DNA of 32,000 bases, from contig NC_022349.1 of NCBI RefSeq assembly GCF_000354175.2, positions 1,170,001 to 1,202,000 on the forward strand, written 5' to 3'. The DNA comes from Vibrio alginolyticus NBRC 15630 = ATCC 17749. GTDB taxonomy: Bacteria; Pseudomonadota; Gammaproteobacteria; Enterobacterales; Vibrionaceae. A model generated the notes under the pieces. It was not told the origin of the DNA and made no database searches. It saw nothing but the letters and a program-made list of their open reading frames with translations. This document shows, one piece after another, positions 25,892 through 32,000 of this stretch (its first letter is position 1; the number at the start of each line of letters is the position of its first letter). A program made the position numbers and the translations under genes.

Positions 25892-28800
25892 ATGAGTTAC
25901 GCGGAACTATTTTGTCAGTCTAACTTCTCTTTTTTGACTGGGGCTTCTCATGCAGAAGAGCTGGTACTCCAAGCTGCTTTCTATCGCTATCAAGCTCTAG
26001 CTATAACGGATGAATGTTCAGTCGCGGGCGTTGTCAAAGCCCATGCGACCATCGAACAACATAAACTCGATATCAAACAAATCGTTGGAAGTATGTTTTG
26101 GTTAAATGATGAATGCCAAATCGTACTGCTTTGCCCTTGTCGCAAGGCTTATGCCGAGTTGTGTCGTATCATCACAAACGCAAGGAGACGCAGTGAAAAA
26201 GGCAACTATCAACTGTTCGAATGGGATTTGATGTCGGTTCGACATTGTTTGGTATTGTGGCTGCCCACACATCAAGAGAGTGATCACCATTGGGGGCGCT
26301 GGCTCAATCAACACCACGCTAATCGTTTGTGGGTAGCGATTCAGCGCCATTTGAGTAACAACGATACTGAGTACATTGCGCACTGCGAGCAGTTAGCACA
26401 TGAATTTCAATTACCTATAACTGCCTGCGGAGGCGTTCTCATGCATGATGTTGAACGCTTGCCATTACAGCATGTACTTACTGCTATAAAGCATGGGTGT
26501 AGCGTCGATAAACTCGGTTTTGACCGTATTTCGAATACTGAGCGAGCGCTTCGTCCTTTTAAAAAGTTGATTCGGATTTACAAACCAGAATGGCTGGAAG
26601 AAAGTACTTACATCGCCGATTTATGCGAGTTTAAGCTCTCCGATTTAAAATACGAATATCCTACCGAGCTGATCCCAGATGGTTACACACCCGACTCTTA
26701 CTTACGTATGTTGGTCGAACGTGGTAAAAAGCTGCGTTTTCCTGAAGGCGTGCCAGCAGAAGTCAATCAAACCATCGAGAATGAACTGGCGCTTATTCAA
26801 GAGCTGAAATACCACTACTACTTCCTTACTATTCACGACATCGTAATGTTCGCGAAACAGCAAGGCATTCTTTACCAAGGGCGAGGTTCCGCTGCAAACT
26901 CTGTGGTGTGTTATTGCCTGGAAATTACCGCCGTCGATCCTCGACAAATCGCTGTCTTATTCGAACGATTTATCAGTAAAGAACGTAAGGAACCGCCGGA
27001 TATTGATGTGGACTTTGAACACGAGCGCCGTGAAGAAGTTATCCAGTATATTTACAAAAAATATGGCCGTGAGCGTGCAGCACTTGCTGCAACAGTGATC
27101 AGCTATCGCTTTAAAAGTGCCGTGCGTGAAGTCGGTAAAGCACTAGGGATTGAAGAGACCCAATTGGATTTTTTCATTAAGAACGTTAATCGCCGAGATC
27201 GCAGCCAAGGCTGGCAAGCTCAAATTATTGAACTTGGCTTACAACCAGAATCTCTCAAAGGGCAGCAGTTTATCCAATTGGTCAACGAGATCATTGGCTT
27301 CCCACGCCATTTATCTCAGCACGTAGGTGGCTTTGTAATTTCATCTGGCCCTTTATATGAGTTGGTACCTGTTGAAAATGCCTCGATGGAAGATCGCACT
27401 ATCATTCAATGGGATAAAGACGATTTAGAAAGCTTGAAGCTACTAAAAGTCGATGTGCTCGCACTCGGCATGTTAAACGCCATCAAAAAGTGCTTTCAGC
27501 TGGTCGAGAAACATCACCAGCGATCCCTCTCTATTTCCGAAATCACTCGCCGACAAGATGATCCACACGTGTACCGCATGATCCAAAAAGCCGACACGAT
27601 AGGCGTATTCCAAATAGAATCTCGTGCACAAATGAGCATGCTTCCTCGCCTAAAGCCTGCTTGTTATTACGATTTAGTGATTCAAATTGCAATTGTTCGT
27701 CCAGGCCCTATTCAGGGTGATATGGTGCATCCTTTTTTAAAACGACGAGATCACAAAGAGCCAGTCAGTTATCCATCGGAAGAAGTAAAAAGCGTTCTGG
27801 AGCGGACTATGGGCGTCCCTATTTTCCAAGAGCAAGTCATCAAGCTAGCCATGGTAGCCGCAGGGTTTAGCGGCGGCGAGGCCGATCAACTCCGTCGAGC
27901 GATGGCATCATGGAAAAAGAATGGCGATCTCGCTAAATTCAGACCAAAACTGATCAATGGTATGCAAGAGAGAGGTTATGACTTAGCGTTTGCTGAGCGC
28001 ATTTTCGATCAGATTTGCGGCTTTGGTGAGTACGGCTTCCCTGAAAGTCATTCAGCGTCTTTCGCAGTGCTGGCATATTGTTCTGCATGGTTAAAATATT
28101 ATTACCCAGCCGAATTTTACACTGCATTGTTGAACAGCCAACCAATGGGATTTTATAGCCCATCGCAATTAGTACAAGATGCTCGCCGACATGGCGTCGA
28201 AGTATTGCCGGTGTGCGTCAATCATTCAAAATATCAACATCATCTCGTCTCACGTCCGAATGGCAGGCTCGGCGTGCAACTTGGTTTTCGCTTGGTGAAA
28301 GGCTTTAACGCAGAAAGCGCACAAAGACTTATTGAGCGCAAACCACTTAATGGTTACCGATCGATTCAAGAAGTAAAGCAGATATTAAGAAGCCGAAGTG
28401 ACATTGAATTATTGGCTTCAGCCAATGCATTTCAGGCCTTATCGGGGAATCGTTATAACGCTCGCTGGGCAGCAATGGATTCCTTATCTGACCTACCATT
28501 GTTTCACAAGGTCGAAGAACCCAATGTTAGCTACCAGACTCAACCTTCTGAATATGAAAATTTAATTGAGGATTACGCAAGCACGGGACTATCTCTTAGC
28601 CGCCATCCAATTAAATTATTAGAAGAAACGGGCAAACTCCCTCACTTTACCCGCATGAGGCAACTGACAGAGAAACCGCATAAGTCACTGGTCACAGTGG
28701 TAGGTGTGGTAACAGGAAGACAATCTCCAGGCACCGCCGCTGGCGTGACATTTTTTACGTTAGAAGATGACACGGGCAACATTAATGTGGTCGTTTGGCA

Positions 28801-28966
28801 AGCGACAGCACGAGCCCAAAAGCAAGCGTATTTAGGTGCTAAAGTATTAATGGTGAAAGGCATTCTTGAAAGAGAGGGAGAAGTCACACACGTTATTGCT
28901 GGCAAGTTGATGGATTGCACGCACTACTTGAACAATCTACAAAGTAAATCTCGGGATTTCCATTAG
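25892..28966 (+). CDS. dnaE2: Error-prone DNA polymerase III alpha-like subunit DnaE2 (ImuC)
   Basis: N-terminal PHP motif YAELFCQSNFSFLTGASHAEELV. Polymerase core motifs are present (PDIDVDFEHERREEVIQY, GRHLSQHVGGFVIS, KVDVLALGML, FQIESRAQM, RPGPIQG). 1024 aa. Confidence 0.93.
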   Translation: MSYAELFCQSNFSFLTGASHAEELVLQAAFYRYQALAITDECSVAGVVKAHATIEQHKLDIKQIVGSMFWLNDECQIVLLCPCRKAYAELCRIITNARRRSEKGNYQLFEWDLMSVRHCLVLWLPTHQESDHHWGRWLNQHHANRLWVAIQRHLSNNDTEYIAHCEQLAHEFQLPITACGGVLMHDVERLPLQHVLTAIKHGCSVDKLGFDRISNTERALRPFKKLIRIYKPEWLEESTYIADLCEFKLSDLKYEYPTELIPDGYTPDSYLRMLVERGKKLRFPEGVPAEVNQTIENELALIQELKYHYYFLTIHDIVMFAKQQGILYQGRGSAANSVVCYCLEITAVDPRQIAVLFERFISKERKEPPDIDVDFEHERREEVIQYIYKKYGRERAALAATVISYRFKSAVREVGKALGIEETQLDFFIKNVNRRDRSQGWQAQIIELGLQPESLKGQQFIQLVNEIIGFPRHLSQHVGGFVISSGPLYELVPVENASMEDRTIIQWDKDDLESLKLLKVDVLALGMLNAIKKCFQLVEKHHQRSLSISEITRRQDDPHVYRMIQKADTIGVFQIESRAQMSMLPRLKPACYYDLVIQIAIVRPGPIQGDMVHPFLKRRDHKEPVSYPSEEVKSVLERTMGVPIFQEQVIKLAMVAAGFSGGEADQLRRAMASWKKNGDLAKFRPKLINGMQERGYDLAFAERIFDQICGFGEYGFPESHSASFAVLAYCSAWLKYYYPAEFYTALLNSQPMGFYSPSQLVQDARRHGVEVLPVCVNHSKYQHHLVSRPNGRLGVQLGFRLVKGFNAESAQRLIERKPLNGYRSIQEVKQILRSRSDIELLASANAFQALSGNRYNARWAAMDSLSDLPLFHKVEEPNVSYQTQPSEYENLIEDYASTGLSLSRHPIKLLEETGKLPHFTRMRQLTEKPHKSLVTVVGVVTGRQSPGTAAGVTFFTLEDDTGNINVVVWQATARAQKQAYLGAKVLMVKGILEREGEVTHVIAGKLMDCTHYLNNLQSKSRDFH

Positions 28967-28996
28967 TACAGAGGAATTAAGGAGAGAAATGTTAAA

Positions 28997-29025
28997 AATC
29001 AGAGAGAGGTGCGCTCCCTCTGATT
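28997..29025. terminator. Hairpin between convergent dnaE2 and cheV
   Basis: AATCAGAG..(imperfect)..CTCTGATT: an 8-bp outer stem plus 3 further pairs, with a short A-run and T-run on either side. Confidence 0.5.
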
Positions 29026-29038
29026 TCACTAGATCTAA

Positions 29039-29992
29039 TCATGCACTTTTAGAAAGCATCTGGCGTAATCGGTCTTGAGCAACTTCAACCAGCAGATCCG
29101 GTTGGAATTTAGATATAAAGCGATCACAGCCTACTTTTTGTACCATGGCTTCATTAAAACTACCGCTCAGAGAAGTGTTCAATGTGATAAACAACTTAGA
29201 CATACGTGGATCTTGGCGCACTTCATGGGTCAGTTTATAACCGTCCATTTCAGGCATTTCAGCATCCGTAATCATCATCAACAGCTCTTTTTCTACATCT
29301 TTACCTTCATCACACCAACGTTTTAAAACCGTTAACGCTTCTAGCCCGTCACGGCACTCGATGATATTCATACCCAATTGAGAAAGCGTATCGCGAACTT
29401 GATTACGAGCTGTAGAGGAATCATCCACAATCAGAACATTACGCCCGACCATTGCTTGGGCCAATTCTTGATCGAGAATGTCCTCCGAGATAGTCACGTC
29501 GTAATGTACGATCTCTGCTAAAACTTTTTCAACGTCAATAATTTCGACAATTTGAGAGGCATCCCCCTCTTTGATTTGCGTGATAGCCGTGAGGTAATTC
29601 GAGCGACCAGACGTGGAAGGAGGCGGCTGAATTTCAGTCCATGCCGTATTAATAATGTTTTTAACCGGACCGACTAAGAAGCCCTGCACCGTGCGGTTGT
29701 ACTCTGTCACGATCAAATTTTCTTCTTCCGCTTCACCACGTAAAGCAGGAAAACCAATTGCGCCTCGTAAATCAATCACTGGTACCGCTTCACCTCGTAG
29801 AGAAGCAACCCCACGAATATTGTAGTGCGATCCAGGGAGCTTGGTTAACGGTGGAAGCTTGATGACCTCTTTCACTTTGAACACATTAATCGCAAATAAT
29901 TGGCGACTATTTAAAGTGAACAGCAGAAGCTCTAGTCGATTTTCACCAACCAAGTTTGTACGCTGGTCAACCGTATTTAACACTCCGGACAT
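29039..29992 (-). CDS. cheV: Chemotaxis coupling protein CheV (CheW-like domain plus receiver domain)
   Basis: N-terminal CheW-like domain (NRLELLLFTL...LFAINVFKVKEV). C-terminal REC domain (VLIVDDSSTAR...MMITDAEMPEMDG...). I place the start at the internal ATG 29990-29992 (MSGVLNTVDQ...) rather than the ORF-track start at 30046. Confidence 0.88.
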   Translation of the reverse strand: MSGVLNTVDQRTNLVGENRLELLLFTLNSRQLFAINVFKVKEVIKLPPLTKLPGSHYNIRGVASLRGEAVPVIDLRGAIGFPALRGEAEEENLIVTEYNRTVQGFLVGPVKNIINTAWTEIQPPPSTSGRSNYLTAITQIKEGDASQIVEIIDVEKVLAEIVHYDVTISEDILDQELAQAMVGRNVLIVDDSSTARNQVRDTLSQLGMNIIECRDGLEALTVLKRWCDEGKDVEKELLMMITDAEMPEMDGYKLTHEVRQDPRMSKLFITLNTSLSGSFNEAMVQKVGCDRFISKFQPDLLVEVAQDRLRQMLSKSA

Positions 29993-30270
29993 ACTACTAC
30001 CTAAATTATGGATAATTCTTATTTTACTCGAAATCAGTACAGACACAGCAAGATTATATAACCAAATAACCTTAAAATATTTGGCTTTTCGAGCACAGCT
30101 TTAAAGTACAACAGTTTTAGCGTATTACTTCTCTTTGCATCAGACGCAAAGTCACGCAGCACATTGAAAGCCATTTTGTTTATTTACTTGAGCTTTTTAG
30201 GAAATTACATGAATGGCGCAGATATAGCAATGCAACATAACTCAAATTCCCATTCTAGTAATAGGCGATC

Positions 30271-30298
30271 AAAAAGGGTGAGCCGTTAAGTCTCACCC
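30271..30298 (-). terminator. Rho-independent terminator after mlc
   Basis: Minus-strand reading: GGGTGAG-ACTTAACGG-CTCACCC followed by TTTTTGA. Confidence 0.8.
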
Positions 30299-30355
30299 TA
30301 AATCACCTACAAATGTAGTCTCAACAGCCAGGCACATCATCATGTTAAAAAGTAC

Positions 30356-31573
30356 TTAACCTTCCACAACCTTCATCAATAGTTGACCATCGTACAACGC
30401 TTGCTTAATCAACGCGGCACCAGGCATTGTGGCTTGCTTATAGAAACGAGACTCCACCAGCTCAAGATCTTGGTGATAAACAGGTAAACTCTGCTCTTCG
30501 ATACAGCGACGAACCGCAGGATAAAGCACATCTTTTGCTTGGTTAATCACACCACCGATCAAGATTTTCTCAGGGTTAAATAAGTTGATCACAATAGCAA
30601 TTGCAGAGCCTAAGTAGCCTCCAAGTTTTTCAATCACATCGACGGCCAAAGGATCACCGTTTGCAGCGGCTTCACAAATGCTCTCAATACTCATTTCTTC
30701 TTGTTTAGCAAGAATAGAGTCTTCGCCATCAGCGATTCGTCTTACGACTTCTTCACGAATTGCCTGAGAACTGGCAACGGTTTCCAAACAGCCAATATTG
30801 CCGCAATGACAACGTTTTCCATTTGGGTCAATTTGAATATGCCCGAGTTCACCAATGTTACCGTGACGGCCTTGCAAAACGCGCCCATCCAGAATGATGC
30901 CCGCACCTAAACCGTGGTGGATAGAGATAAGAACGGAGTTGTCATTATCTTGAGAATGACCAAAAAGCTTTTCTGCTAATGCCCAAGCTCGCGTGTCATT
31001 GGCAATGAAAACTGGCAAGCCTGTTGCTTTGTATATCTCTGGTCCAAGAGCAAGATTTTCGACATTGTAATGAGGCATCTGCAAAACGACACCTTGCTCT
31101 GAGTTCACGAGACCAGGCAGCGTAAGGGCAATACTGGTAACACGATCAAGTTGATCCGCGTAAGTCTGAAAGAATTCATCAATTTCGTAAAGCAGGCGCT
31201 CAAGCACATCGTCTTGATCAAGCTCGTGTATCTCGATTTTAGTATCGATCAGTACATCACCGCCTAACTCATGCAAAGCAATGGTTAAATAACCTCGCCC
31301 CAAACGCATTGACAAAAATTGCCAGCCTTCATTATTGACCTGCAAACCGACAGCAGGTCGACCACGACTCGTCGCTTCTTGTACTGTCGTTTCATGAATC
31401 AAGTGCGCTTCAATTAATTCTCGAGTGATTTTGGTGATACTAGCAGGAGCAAGCTCACTCTGCTTGGACAAATCAATTCGAGAAATAGGACCTTTTAGGT
31501 CAATTAGTTTATATACACGACCAGCATTGACCTGTTTGATATGATCAATATGGCCCGGTTGAGCCATGTACAT
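30356..31573 (-). CDS. mlc: ROK-family global sugar-responsive repressor Mlc (DgsA)
   Basis: QPGHID.IKQ.NAG.VY.LID..GP.SRIDLS....LAPASITKI.RE..EAHL..E......RGRPAVGL is much closer to E. coli Mlc than to NagC as I recall both. The ROK Zn motif GH...D..G..C.CGN.GCLE is present. I place the start at ATG 31571-31573 (GGAG 7 nt upstream). The ORF-track TTG at 31603 is less likely. Confidence 0.85.
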   Translation of the reverse strand: MYMAQPGHIDHIKQVNAGRVYKLIDLKGPISRIDLSKQSELAPASITKITRELIEAHLIHETTVQEATSRGRPAVGLQVNNEGWQFLSMRLGRGYLTIALHELGGDVLIDTKIEIHELDQDDVLERLLYEIDEFFQTYADQLDRVTSIALTLPGLVNSEQGVVLQMPHYNVENLALGPEIYKATGLPVFIANDTRAWALAEKLFGHSQDNDNSVLISIHHGLGAGIILDGRVLQGRHGNIGELGHIQIDPNGKRCHCGNIGCLETVASSQAIREEVVRRIADGEDSILAKQEEMSIESICEAAANGDPLAVDVIEKLGGYLGSAIAIVINLFNPEKILIGGVINQAKDVLYPAVRRCIEEQSLPVYHQDLELVESRFYKQATMPGAALIKQALYDGQLLMKVVEG

Positions 31574-31983
31574 CTTGCACTCCGAAATTCTATAACGGGA
31601 CAATTTTTTTACTTTGCGAACTAATTGTGAAGTGAATTAATAAATCCCCGTGACAAGCATCACGTATAAACCTGTTTGTTTGTGTATTCAATCAAATAAC
31701 GAAGAATCTACTCCTGTTAAATTGTTTGAAAAATAACTTATTTTTATTCACTAAATTATGAAGTAATGCCTTTAAAGCAGCGTATTTTTATCAATAAGGC
31801 CATTGCCTGTCGAATATCTGTCTGTTTTACCGGGGTTACTCTTAATGTAAACATTCTGTGCATATACTTATATTCAAGTAGCTTTAAGGTGTGGGCTCAG
31901 CAACGAGGCTAACCTTGAGAGCGATTGCGTAAAGTAAGGATAGAGTTCAAGTTACCTTTACACACACATTCATCGGAGAATCT

Positions 31984-32000
31984 ATGACTTCCAAATTAAG
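31984..32000 (+). CDS. Start of an unidentified gene (MTSKL..., runs off the window)
   Basis: The ATG is preceded by GGAGAA with about 5-nt spacing, and it follows a 380-nt non-coding region. Only 17 nt are visible. Confidence 0.3.

Noticed and set aside
30078-30103. Sigma28-like promoter for cheV on the minus strand (TAAAG-N13-GCCAAATA)
   Set aside because: Only about 5 of 8 positions match the GCCGATAA -10 and the spacing is one nt short. It is plausible for a chemotaxis gene but too weak to call without TSS data.
30209-30289. 26-aa + strand ORF (MNGADIAMQHNSNSHSSNRRSKRVSR) with AGGAAA upstream, between cheV and mlc
   Set aside because: It reads straight through the mlc terminator hairpin, is low-complexity, and has no other support. 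It is probably fortuitous.
31604-31660. Possible Mlc/NagC autoregulatory operator in TTTTTTTACTTTGCGAACTAATTG upstream of mlc
   Set aside because: I cannot recall the operator consensus precisely enough, and the segment shows no clear dyad symmetry.
1-32000. Search for CRISPR arrays, IS elements, integrases, tRNA/rRNA genes, toxin-antitoxin pairs or defence-system hallmarks
   Set aside because: I saw no regularly spaced repeats, transposase- or integrase-like ORFs, cloverleaf-capable segments, or small paired ORFs. Apart from 12.2-15.9 kb, every ORF over 200 aa is accounted for by a recognisable function.

Overview
This is a chromosomal segment with Vibrionaceae-type gene content and order. 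That assignment rests on protein sequences and synteny I recognise, and it is not verified by any search. I see 25 complete protein genes plus two that run off the window edges. I see no rRNA, tRNA, CRISPR array, transposase or integrase.

Gene layout, left to right:
- (1) nt 1-8288: a sulfur-oxyanion respiration locus. It holds a partial TtrS-like sensor kinase divergent from ttrB-ttrC-ttrA (tetrathionate reductase), followed by a tsdB/tsdA-like pair of diheme cytochromes c.
- (2) nt 8592-12140: pqiA-pqiB-pqiC, an MCE-type envelope lipid transport system.
- (3) nt 12243-15860: a poorly characterised patch. It holds a 257-aa outer-membrane beta-barrel, a 79-aa orphan ORF, and a YejA-like family-5 solute-binding protein with no transporter partner genes and a long leader.
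- (4) nt 15861-22633, minus strand: the housekeeping block sohB, cmk, rpsA, ihfB, lapA, lapB, pyrF.
- (5) nt 22888-28966: yciK, then a LexA-box-controlled imuA-imuB-dnaE2 SOS mutagenesis cassette.
- (6) nt 29039-31573: cheV and mlc.

I do not see convincing evidence for a wholly new multi-gene system. The observations most worth follow-up are:
- An identical 19-nt palindrome-containing box sits at identical spacing from a -10-like hexamer upstream of both ttrB and tsdB. This implies one regulon for tetrathionate reduction and a TsdA-type enzyme.
- An 11-bp perfect hairpin sequesters the Shine-Dalgarno sequence of the orphan binding-protein gene.
- The uncharacterised envelope genes are wedged between pqiC and pyrF.

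All functional calls come from reading motifs and recalling homologues. No database search was possible.
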